Part shown: positions 11,102 to 22,395 of the stretch, one piece after another | How the letters are laid out: each line of letters starts with the position of its first letter | Numbering within the stretch: position 1 is the first letter of the stretch | From: Hydrurus foetidus | Taxonomy: Eukaryota | Length of the DNA stretch: 42,579 nt | Reading direction: 5' to 3' | Assembly (NCBI GenBank): GCA_900617105.1 | Contig: UYFQ01000626.1 | Location: forward strand, 1-42,579 | Program-made: the position numbers and the translations under genes | The notes under the pieces: generated by a model | The model's database searches: none | What the model saw: only the letters and a program-made list of their open reading frames with translations | Told to the model about the DNA's origin: nothing

Positions 11102-11878
11102 TCAGGGGGGACCTCCTAACAGCTCGAGCAGAACAAGACCCAGTTCCTCTGTGCTATGCACCATGTGAGAGAAAGCTGGCTTGACTGTCTCCATGGGATG
11201 ACTGCCCCACGTTACACCAACGCTCGGCATACCAGCATTTGCTGCTGCTTGACCATCGCTTGGGGAGTCGCCGACATAAATACAGCAAGAAGGATCAATT
11301 TGCAGTGTGTTACAAAGCTGTAGCAGACCGTCACCACTAGGCTTCGCAGCTGGCACCTCGTCAGCACCCAAGCCGATCACAAAATCATCCGTCACACCAT
11401 TCACCAGTAACACTGCCCTGACGTATGCACCACACGCATTTGATAATGCAGCTTGGCGGAGAGTAGGATGCTCTCTGAAAAGTAACTTTAGCACCTCTGG
11501 TATGCCAACGTAAAATGCTGCTGTCTCCATTGATACAAGTTTGACGTAAAGTTCGTCAAACTGATTTCCCAATGCAACGCCACAAACATCGTCGGGATCA
11601 CCAGTGCAGTGCCAAGCCAGTCGACGTGGGGTTGTCAGCTTTGTCCCCATGTGGTAAGCCTCCTCGCAAATCTCTGGCAGCCCGTTCGCTCTCATTACAG
11701 CATTTGTACTATCAAAGCCCAGTTGAGTAGAGTATGCCAAGGTTCCATCAACATCCCACAGGACTGCTCTTAAATTTGGAATATTAGGCATTGTAGCTGT
11801 TAAGCACGTAGCCCCACGGCTAAGCATCAAAACCGCCGCTATAAGAGCATGGCTCGCTCGCGTAAGAAGTAGATGCAT
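11102..11878 (-). CDS. HAD-superfamily hydrolase, phosphoglycolate-phosphatase-like, intronless
   Basis: Motif I WDVDGTL, II LSN, III AKP, IV VGDSPSD; ATG at 11878 chosen, alternatives at 11827 and 11791. Confidence 0.92.
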   Translation of the reverse strand: MHLLLTRASHALIAAVLMLSRGATCLTATMPNIPNLRAVLWDVDGTLAYSTQLGFDSTNAVMRANGLPEICEEAYHMGTKLTTPRRLAWHCTGDPDDVCGVALGNQFDELYVKLVSMETAAFYVGIPEVLKLLFREHPTLRQAALSNACGAYVRAVLLVNGVTDDFVIGLGADEVPAAKPSGDGLLQLCNTLQIDPSCCIYVGDSPSDGQAAANAGMPSVGVTWGSHPMETVKPAFSHMVHSTEELGLVLLELLGGPP

Positions 11879-12012
11879 TTCATGAGAGTTGTTATGCAAC
11901 TCAAATTCCAAGTTATTTGCTGCACTCCGCTCTTTGCAAAAGTTTTGAGAGGGGCAACAACAACAACCTATGCCAGTTTACTGTTACTCTCTATACTCGA
12001 CAACGGGGGTAG

Positions 12013-12108
12013 TTTCAGTCTTCAGCATTCAGGACGCAGCCTGTCAGCTTTCAACAGTCAGCATTCAGCTTTCAGCTTTCAGCACTCTGCATTCTGCATT
12101 CAGCATTA
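12013..12108. repeat. Degenerate 7-bp tandem repeat (TTCAGCW)
   Basis: Repeated TTCAGCA/TTCAGCT/TCTGCAT units between the divergent HAD and actin-like genes. Confidence 0.7.
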
Positions 12109-12308
12109 TATTATTCAACTGATGAGAAGAATATCCGCATTGTCCTGAAGTCGGGGTAGGAGAGCACAGTTTTCGATTAAGAAGTTCAACTTGGCGGAGA
12201 CTTTCAGACATGCGGAAGTGCATGGATCGTGTTCGAAAGAGGATTTCGTTTTAGGAGGACATTCTTTAGCCGGAGAATTCAGAAAATACTAAACCGTTCG
12301 TCTGTAGT

Positions 12309-15300
12309 ATGAATGATGAGGTAGTCATTGTTGTCGATCCAGGCAGTTCATCAGTAAAAGCTGGGTATAGCGGTGATGATGTGCCCGTATCAGTTTTTCC
12401 ATCATGTTCTTCAAAGATCAAGTCTCGTCTGGAATCGATCGAATTTGACGATTCGTTTGGAGGTCAAGAAGATTACTTTCATCCTATCCATCGTGGTGTT
12501 GTGACTGATTGGGACAGTATCGAAAAACTCTGGTACAAGATTTTTGAGGAGCTCGGGGTTAAAGATACTGAAACCATGTCCATCATGCTTGCTGAGGTCA
12601 GTTCCTGATTTCAATATGAGTGACTCGGATTGATATGGCTGGCTACTTTTACAAACTGTACGGTTTACTTGATTCGATTCTTACTTCTGTCTTGGGAGCG
12701 CCACTGTGACATCATTTATTTTGCTAAGTCTACTGGATGCAACGTCGTTCTGTGCTGATTGCCGCCATTGAGACCCTGATCCTGGAGGGTACTTACCATT
12801 CGTCTCGCAACATGTTATGACCGTCGAGATAGTGAGATTCCAACATTTGAAATAGTAGCACACTTGTAAACACGGTGATGTGTGCAACAACTGTACGGAT
12901 AGCACCAAACGTCCTCTGGCCAAAGTTTTGTTATGTCTTGACAATGTTACTTCTCCTATTAATCCTACGAAATTTGTCCTATGTTTCGACAGCCCTTGAA
13001 GTCCTCTGTGTCCGACCGCTCCAAGTGGGCAGAGATTCTCTTCGAGACCTTCAGAGCGCCCTCGATATGCATCGGGAACTCTTCCGCCCTCACGATGTTC
13101 GCATCGGGACGCACCACAGGTGTGAAGCAGCAGAGTAAAGTTGATAATGTGGATTGTGAGAATGGGCGGCACATCTAACATATTTGCGAGAGAAATCTGT
13201 CTGTCTGTCTGCCTGTCTGTCTGTCTGCCTGTCTGTCTGTCTGTCTGTCTGTCTGCCTTTCAACGCTGTTCATGTTTTCGGATTCTACAGATCTATCGCG
13301 ACATGGCATCCTTTCATTCACTGGCTCAATGGAGACTAGACAATAGCCTCCTATGATAGTGACTTACTCATCAAGATGAACGAACAACATGCGTGTTCAA
13401 TCGCACTAAATTGCATTGCAGGCATCGCTGTGGAGTGCGGGGCAGGAGTAACTTCAAGGTACATTCTGCTCTACTCTGTTCAGCCCTATTTCGCTCTCAA
13501 TAATTCAACATGGGAAACAAGATTTCATGGGGATGCTCTTTAACTAGCCATTTATTACCCAGCCGTTTCCTCTCCACCCTATTCTTCCTCTTTTCCTTTC
13601 TTCTCCTTTCCTTTCTGCCCAGTCTCTGTTTTCCCTGGACTGCTTCATTCTTCTCCTTTCTTCTCCTTTTCTTTTCTTCCTGCCCTGTCTCTGTTTTCCC
13701 TGGACTGCTTCATTCTTCTCCGCATGAACCACGATCCTATTTCTTTGCTTGCATATCATGTACTAACGGAATGAGATAGTGTGCGTGACTTCCTCTCGCA
13801 CTGCCCACTACTCTTTAGTAAAATTAGTCAATTAGAAATTACTAAATTACCCTTCTTCCTCCTCCTCCTTCTCCTCCTTCCCCTCCTCCTCCCCGTTACC
13901 TATGCACCATCGCGCTACTCTGCTTAATCGCTCTGTGTTCTGCACTGCTCTGCTCTATCTTCGCAGTGTTCCAATATTTGAAGGGTTACCGCTGCGACAC
14001 GCAGCCGTGTTTGCTGATATTGGTGGCCGGGACATTACGGCCAATTTACGTGCGAAACTTGCTGAGCACAACTTTGACATCAGTCATTTTGACTGCAAGA
14101 TATTGAAGGAAAAGCACTGCTTTATAGGAGCCAGACCTCTCCCTCTTTCTCTCCCTCTTTCTGTGTCTGTGTCTGTGTCTCCAGGGAAAGGGGGACAGCG
14201 GCACAGCGTCTCTGAGGAGGTTTCTTCCTTCTTCCTCCCCGACGGGGAAGAAGTGCCCCTCAAAAAACACTGTGAGTCACCCCGTTCTCTTACTTGCTAT
14301 CTTTATGACAGCCTCCCTCGCTGACTGACTGTGAGCTTGGGTGGCCCCCCCCCTCCTTCCTTCCTCCCCTCACATCGCTCCTCTCTCTCCTTATTACTTA
14401 ACACTTTTCAGTGTTCTCTGACTGCGCTGAATCTCTGCTGGTGAACGACAAGGACGCCCCCTCCACCGGGATCGTGAATCAAGTTCTGGAATCCCTCTCT
14501 CTCTGTGACGAGTCCATCAAGAGGGACCTCATGCAGAACGTGGTCCTGTCGGGGGGCACCTCTCTCCTACCAGGTCAGAAACATGCCACACTATTCAGCA
14601 CAGTGCACTGAATGTCACTTTACACCACTGCATATCATGTCCCACGTGCTTGCTCATCTGAAAGATAGCAGCACATAGCATCACACACTCACGTATCATA
14701 TTTACGCGGTACAGTACGTCACTGTTTTCGAAGGGACCCCAGACCGATCATCTCATCAACTCCCTCTCTGCCTCTTTTATTCAGAGACATGTGCATACAC
14801 GTTCATCGATTTTTTTACAGACAAATCAGTTTTTACCAATAACCGATCTCACACAAATGCACACACTCTGTTGCCTCCAATTACACCCTAGGACTGGGAG
14901 ACCGATTACACGCAGAACTCGCCCCATATACAGACTCGACATGGGCAGACGGCAACAGTAACAACAGCAACAGCTATATGTCCATCCCGCACTCAAACAG
15001 CAACTACAACTTTAAGTACGCACACACCAACGAGTTCAGAGTATATCCCAGCACACTCAACAGGTCAGTTCTATGTTCTATGTGATGTGATGTGCTGTAA
15101 ACTGTGACGAGCATTTCTATTCTATCTATATCTCCTCGATTGCCCTTCCTTTCCGCCGCTCCGTCTCCTACCAAATATTTTCCTGACCGTTCCTCAGATG
15201 GGTCCATCTCACTGTAAACTTCTCGTCACCTCACCTCACTTCCTGTTAGGGAGCCTGGGTACACATTCCAGCGCAAGTTCGGTCCTTGGATCGGAGGGAG

Positions 15301-15400
15301 CATCATCGGCAGTCTGGAGTCGCACAGCGAGCTGAAGATATCCAGACAGGAGTGGGAGGAAGGCGCAGAGAGCTCTCTCTGGCAGACCAAGTGCTTCTGA
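12309..15400 (+). CDS. Divergent actin-related protein; exons 12309-12596, 12993-13119, 13422-13458, 13967-14271, 14412-14573, 14892-15063, 15250-15400
   Basis: VVDPGSSSVKAGYSGDD, PIHRGVVTDWD, LFETF, ASGRTTG, VPIFEG, NVVLSGGTSL, WIGGSI, terminal KCF-TGA; all introns GT-AG and phase-consistent. Confidence 0.92.
13196..13256. repeat. (TCTG)n microsatellite in intron
   Basis: Direct reading. Confidence 0.9.
13614..13721. repeat. ~42-bp intronic duplication
   Basis: GTCTCTGTTTTCCCTGGACTGCTTCATTCTTCTCC occurs twice, ~65 bp apart. Confidence 0.85.
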
Positions 15401-16605
15401 ATGCTGCTGCTTGTTGGTGGGGAAGAAACTGTGTATAGTGCAGTGCAGTGCAGTGCAGTGGTTGATGAGTGTGATGGTGATCAACGCCACTCTATCTCCA
15501 TGTCTATCTCCATCCTTATCTCTGTCTCTATCTCTATGTTTACAAGAAGAACGAACGGTCCAGCTGGCGTACAATGCAGTACGTGTGTAAGCACTACATG
15601 GTTTCTGATTCACATCAAATCAGTGGCCATCTCTGACGGAATCGATGTGGAATCTGTCGGACTAAGATCCATGCTGCAGGCATCAGCTGTGAGCTGTGAC
15701 TGACATCCTTATAAGCTGGGGGATATTCAGGTTAAAGCGTATGAAATCGTTCAAGCTGAAGAGAATTGAGTCATGTCCATCTTACTCTATGATATGGTGC
15801 ATGAATATTGGTATGGATAAGCTGTAAATGGCATGAAAGATCATTACTCCAGATAGATAGACACCAATAGTGCACCGCACCAACCGTCTGTCCATCTTGA
15901 TTACCATCTTGATTACCATCTTATAACGAGGTAGCGTGACTGAATGAGTACTGCGATTAAACGGAAGTAGTACAAGGCCGTGAATCCGCATTGAGCGGCT
16001 GCACTGCAATATGCATTGCCTGGTGTAGTCACGATAGATGCGGTGTAACCCTATGTGATCTCGTCATCCTTTCTATTGAGCAGTGATGCATTAATATCGC
16101 TTATTTACATTAATTGCAGCATGCCATGGTAAAATACAGAGTATGTTACATAGCATGCGATTTGGGATCGTTACTGAACGTAACATGATGGAGAGGAAGG
16201 AATATCCGGTCGAGCTGTATCACCACCAATAATTTGGTTTCGAGAGCATCAGAGTACTTGAGAGATTGACCATGACTGAATTGCACCGACATCGTGTGTA
16301 TTGTGAAGATACCATTTCTATGATACACACCACTTGCTCTGCAGAAGAGAGTCCAGTCGTCAGCTTCGAGAGAGCGGAACTTGAACCCTTCCTACTGCCG
16401 ACCCCATTCACAGAACGGAACGAGAAACGTCACTGTTCTTCGCGAAACGCACTCACCCATCCCATCCCATCACACTGTTTGTTGGAGGTCACTTGGATGG
16501 AATCTCTATCCCAGCTGATATATAGGAAGATCTAATCAATTCTGCTACTTTACTGGTGGTATTTCGGGTCGCTCTTCTCTGAGAAGGTCCTTAGGAGCAG
16601 CTACG

Positions 16606-19600
16606 ATGAATACGAGGATGAATCGCCGTTTGCTTACCACTAGCGCCATGACTGCAGGTGTCGTCTACATCTTGGCCGATGAAAATCGGAAATTGAAAGC
16701 ATATCATACAGCTCAAGCTTCATATCGCATCAGCAATCTTGTAACGACTGTTGGGACGATTATTTTCGACTATGGATACGCAATGACATTCAACAGCGGC
16801 AATGGCACAGTAAATGTTAGACATTCCCAGCTTTCAAACGATATCATGAGGCTGCAACAGAAACAAGAAGATCTGACAATAAAGCAAATGAAATCCACTG
16901 ATGCTGTAGAAATCGCAGATTTACTTCGGCAGATAGCGCTCACAAGGGTAGAACTTGACAGTACTTCCGAAGAAATTGGGACCCTTAACGCAGAAAATGA
17001 TAGCTTTCAACCTTTCAAAGTTGTTCACAATCGGAGTGCGATAAGATTGCGTGACATGTGTGCCCAGAATCTAGGGGTCTACATAAAGCTAGGGCAGCAT
17101 ATAGCTATGCTCGATCATGTATTTCCCGAGGAATATCACAACCACTTGTCCAGTTTGTTAGCTAGAACACCGCAGTCTTCGTATGAATCTGTAAGGAGGT
17201 AAGCAGCTGGATGTTTGGCAGACATCACGGAAAGCATCAGTTTTTTCTCAACTATTGATGAGGACTAGTGAGGGGTTTGTTGATTCCAACTCTGATTTGA
17301 TTCCGAAATTCGCTTGTACTTCCAGAGTCATCAAAAAAGATTTGGGAGAATATCCCGAGGATTTATTTTTAAACTTCGAGAAGAAACCGATAGCATCAGG
17401 TAGGAGACGAGCAGTTTATTTCATCAATCCGATATATTTGATTGAAAGTTACTATTGTCGCAGCCTCTCTGGCCCAGGTGCACATCGCCTACAGCAAGGA
17501 CGGTAAGCACAAGTACGCTGTTAAGGTCCAGCACGAAGGACTGCTGGACAACGCTAATGTACGTACCACACACAACATAGCACTTGTGTGATATACTCTA
17601 CTGTTTGATACTTCACTGTAGAATCGAAGTGCATGTTTCAGAGTTAGTGCTTCATATCGTGCCATGGACTCTCCTATACTTCTCTTCACTACAGTTTTAT
17701 AATTTTCTGCTCCTCTCCCCTCTGCTCTGCTTCTAATTGGACTGAAGCTCCGATAGCACTGTCACCCTATAGTGCTAATTCCCACTTAATCCATGCATAT
17801 CCTATCGCATCGCATCTTACATACAAGGGCGACATGGCTACTATAACGTATCTCATTCTGCTGGTGTACCGACTGTTCCCCTCTGCGGACTACCGGTGGC
17901 TCACTAACGAAATGAACACAAACCTTCCACTGGAATTGGACTTCAAAGTGGAGGTCAGTCGGCTGAGCGATACACAATTCTTCGTCCTTTGATGCAGCCA
18001 ACATCATTCATCTATTCTGATGCATGTTTTTATGAAACATCAAAATAATCGACGTGGATGGGGATGGCTGTCCATGAACCGTGATTGAGAGAAATTAATG
18101 ATCAACGGAAATATTTGCGTTCTTACCTCACATGCAGGCAAAGAATCTAGAGAGATGTCGGTCATTGATGCACAAGATGATCGAGTCGGGGGACATTGCG
18201 GTGCCTGCCCTGTACCCAGGTGATGCGACATACATTAGACAGATAAAGTGAGATCAGATGATTGAGATGGGATCAGATTAGAATAGAATAGAATAGATTA
18301 GATTAGATTAGATTAGATTAGATTAGATTAGATGGACTCAGAGTAGCGAGATTAAACCATTTGTCCACCTGCTGCACTTGCATTCTCTTATCGTACGTCT
18401 TCCTATCCTATCTTCTCATCTTATTTCCTCTCCTCCATGCACTTGTCTCCTCTCCTCTCCTCTATACTACTCATCAGAGTTGTCTTCTAGCCGCGTGCTC
18501 ACGATGGGTTTCGAGGAGGGCAGCTACGTGACTGACAAGTCGGCCATAGAGCGACTCGGGCTCAACACGTCGGAAGTATCTTCAGTCGTGTCCAAGATAT
18601 TCTGTGAACAAATGTAAGTCCAACACAACACAGTGCAGAATATGACGTGATGTCATATAGTATTTTACCAGACATTGATATCTGATATTATATGATATGG
18701 AGTGTCACAATGCAGTGTTATGCTGTGCTGTGACGCTTGCGCTGGATGCCCGAGTGTTGGAATCATGGACTGATCACCTGATTAGTCACTTCGTTCTATT
18801 CCCATAATGCAGGTACAGACACGGCTTCGTACATTGCGGTACGTACGTACGTCTTCGTCTTTCCTGCTGCTACTCTTTCTGACGATGAGGATGACGATGA
18901 GGATGAGGATGAGGATGATTGTCGCACCCAGTCTATTTCTCAGTGCAGTGGCGAGGCTCTTCACATTGTCCATCGGGCATCATCACCATTTTATTCTGGA
19001 AACACTGAACACCTAAAAAGTGACGTGACTCACGAAGCATAAGGACAATGTGCCGTATCGCATTACACTGTATCACGTCAAATCGCCGTATTTTATGTAT
19101 TTTTTAAATCATATTACGTTACATTTGATTTCTTAGACCCGCATGAAGCGAATCTGCTGGTACGGTCCCACCCCTTTCGAAAGGGTCATCCACAAGTGGT
19201 GCTGCTGGACCACGGACTGTACAAAGGTAAGAATGTACATATGTACGTACGTGTGCATGTGACTGACAGATAGTAGATAGTCACAACATCCACATATCGA
19301 GGGCGTTTTATCGCACCCTATTGTATCGTACTTACATCGAACATTGCACTAACGCGCTACACTATGAGAGTGCACTGTATAGCGTCAACCGTCAGTTCAT
19401 GTTGATAATCTTGCGACATCAACAGCCCTCCCGCTTGATGGGTGGCAAAGCGGTCTAATTGCACCTAGACGCTTCATATCACATTGCATCTGATGAAATG
19501 AAGATGACCACTTCAGTGGCCCAAAATACACACACTGATGTTCATCTGATGCTACGTCTGTAATTTCAGAGCTCGGAGATGATTTTCGTAGAGCCTATTC

Positions 19601-21556
19601 TCGGCTGTGGAGAGGTCTCATCATGGCGGATGAAAATATCATCAAGTGAGAAGAGACGAGTAGGCTGTCTGTGTGACTGAGTGATGCACTCATTCACATT
19701 AGCGCGCACAGATGAGATGAGTAGAGGACCACTCCTATCCCATCATTTCTCGTGAATCTGTCTGATGTTTGTTAAGTACGCATTGCAATTCAGAATGTCT
19801 CTCTGCTAGTCCTTTCATTTGGCGAGGTACATTCTATTCCATTCGATAGTCGTACGCTTACCACTGAGTACTTGTTCTAGAGAGGAGTGTCAGAAGATGA
19901 AGAGTGGAGCCGCCTACACCCTGCTCGCTGCCATGCTAACCATGCGCCCTTGGGACGACGTGGTTAGCAAAGACGTGGAGAGGTGCATATATAAAATGAC
20001 ATAACATGTGGTGCAGTGCTGGCTGGTTTCTCTTGCTCCTCTCTCGTCTACATACTCTCTACAGTCCCTTTTTCAACCTCCCTTCCCTTCTGGTGTATTG
20101 CTTCTCAACTCTCCTTCCTGGCGGATTGGTTAACTCTCTCATGCATCCCCCCTTTCCGATCTATTCCAGACTGAAGAGCAAGAACACGAAGGGAGAAGCT
20201 GTCATGCTGCGAGCGTACGCCAAGAAATATTTCCCAGACATCCTGAGCATGCTGGTAAATCTTCTGATCTTTTCTTACCTTATACTGTCTGATATTCAAT
20301 CATTGTTATATCATATCTCATCTGATCTCATCTTGTCTCGTCTCATATTGCTGACTGTTACGGGAAATCATTTTTGTCAGTCAATCGTCACCATTATTAT
20401 TTAAATTGTTGATAAATCAATCGTAGGGAGTGCTTCCTTCCGAGCTGCTGCTGCTCTTGAAGACCAACGACTGTCTGCGACATATCGACAAGCAGCTCGG
20501 AACACCTGTAAACTCCGCCGCTGGTAATCAACAAAATGAATGAAGGAATGACTGAATGACTGACTCATACGCTGGCTCATCGGCTGCAGCGCATCAGTGC
20601 ACGTCAATTGTTTGACATGATTACAATGCCTACGGCTTTCATCATACGGATATTGTTTGATTGACCCACTTGATTCACTCACTCACCCTCTCTCTCTCTC
20701 TCTCGTCCCCCTTCTGCTCCTGCATCCTCACTCTAATCCTGTCTCCTTTTTTGCCTCTTCTCATCACGTGTGGCAGTTGTCGGAGCCACCATCGCTGAGG
20801 TCTGTTTCTGGGAAGACGTTCAGGTGAGAGTCAAATGAGCACACACAGAAGGACAAATAATGTTGTTACGCTATCCTTTGAATCTTCGGCGCTGTTGACG
20901 TCTCACTCACTCATCTAGTCACTCATCCAGTCAGTCAGTCGATCAAGCTTACACATATGTGATTGTTTGACAGAGTGCTCGCCCACCATTATCTTGGCAG
21001 TAGTGCGGTTTATTTTTCACATGTGCAGCAACCTAGCGAAAGCATTAACCATCCCCGTACTTACTTCTCTCCTCCCACACCCTATCTAAACTTCTCAGGG
21101 CAAGAATGTTCTTCAGTGGGGCCCTGCTTTCATGGAGTGGTGGTCCCTGACCGTACGAGTTAAAGGGTATGCCTGTGTGTCTGTCTTTGTATCTATCTGC
21201 CTGTCCGTTTATCACTGCGTGCGATAGACTGCAATCACTGGCTCGGACTGGAAGTGACTATGGTTTCCTTTCTCGTCCCATCTCTCACTACAACCATGTT
21301 CCTGCGAAAGACATGCACAAACAGTTTCACTAGTTTTTTACAGTGAAATGCACTCTATATCTGCACTACACACATATTTTACTGATGTTCCTTCACTCGT
21401 ATCTTTTTTCACTGGAACACTAGGCTGGGTTTCATTTCTTATTTACTGACCCTCGGCCCTCGCCTTCAAGAACTGTCCCGCTCCATCAACCGCAGGATAT
21501 ATTCTTTGTTCTCCCCATTCTTCGCACTGTTCTCCGCCGCTACAGTCAAGAATTGA
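16606..21556 (+). CDS. ABC1/UbiB (ADCK1/5-like) atypical kinase; exons 16606-17198, 17326-17399, 17464-17558, 17828-17953, 18138-18219, 18478-18613, 18813-18838, 19137-19226, 19570-19645, 19881-19982, 20170-20254, 20427-20523, 20777-20823, 21099-21166, 21424-21556
   Basis: GVYIKLGQH (KxGQ), PIASASLAQVH, AVKVQH, LPLELDF, HGFVHCDPHEAN, VLLDHGLY, LLLLLKTNDCLRH; GT-AG introns including a 26-nt microexon. Confidence 0.93.
18275..18333. repeat. (GATTA/GAATA)n microsatellite in intron
   Basis: Direct reading. Confidence 0.9.
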
Positions 21557-22395
21557 CGCTTACCTGTTGCCTCATGTTTACTCTTTTTCCATCTTTGAAT
21601 ACTAAGCTTCAATGAAAGGATTCTTTGCCTCAATTCGATTCAATTCTTTTCTTCTCGATCGGACCATCGTCATCCATCTTGTTGAAACAATTACTGGTGT
21701 ATCATCATTCAGCAAGATGCCTCGAACAATTTTGTGGAGTATTGATGCTTCGATAATTCGGATAGCCAGTCAGTCAGCCTCTAACAGTATTTATCAGTGA
21801 CGAGATGCAGTGCAATGCAGCTCATGAGGGTTGTGGTGACATGCATCTAGTGCTGATCACAAGTCCTCTAAGAGCTTCAATCCATGCTTGACAGTAGCGA
21901 TATATGCATGTCGAATCTGTGTACAACACGCAAGTGACTCTTCATAAGGACCGTCAGAAATCTCCAGAATTGATTCAATTTTATTTATTTTCAATTAGAG
22001 TGCGAGATTGCATTTTGGTCCCGAGGTGTTGGGAGGGAGGAAAGACGTGTTGTCGAGTCATGTACTGTGCTGTGCGACTTCACGAGAATTCCAATCGATG
22101 GGAAGTGTGTGTGTTATTGTGTCTGTGTGTTTCTTGTACGGGATAGAATAGAAAAGAATTGACTTGTAAAGGGGCAAGGAAGAAAGAGGGAGAGCAAGGT
22201 AGAGAGAGAGGAAGAGTCATTTGGTGTCCCTCAGGGAGAAGGAGGGACAGCAGAGCAGAGCAGTGTGTGAGATAAGTAGTTGAAAAGTGCAAATATGACA
22301 GTAGTTACATTGGAATCGTTGGATCGGATCGGATTGGACTGGACGGATACCGGCTGAAGGAGAAGGGGTGACTGCCATCAAGCCTATCAATCACT

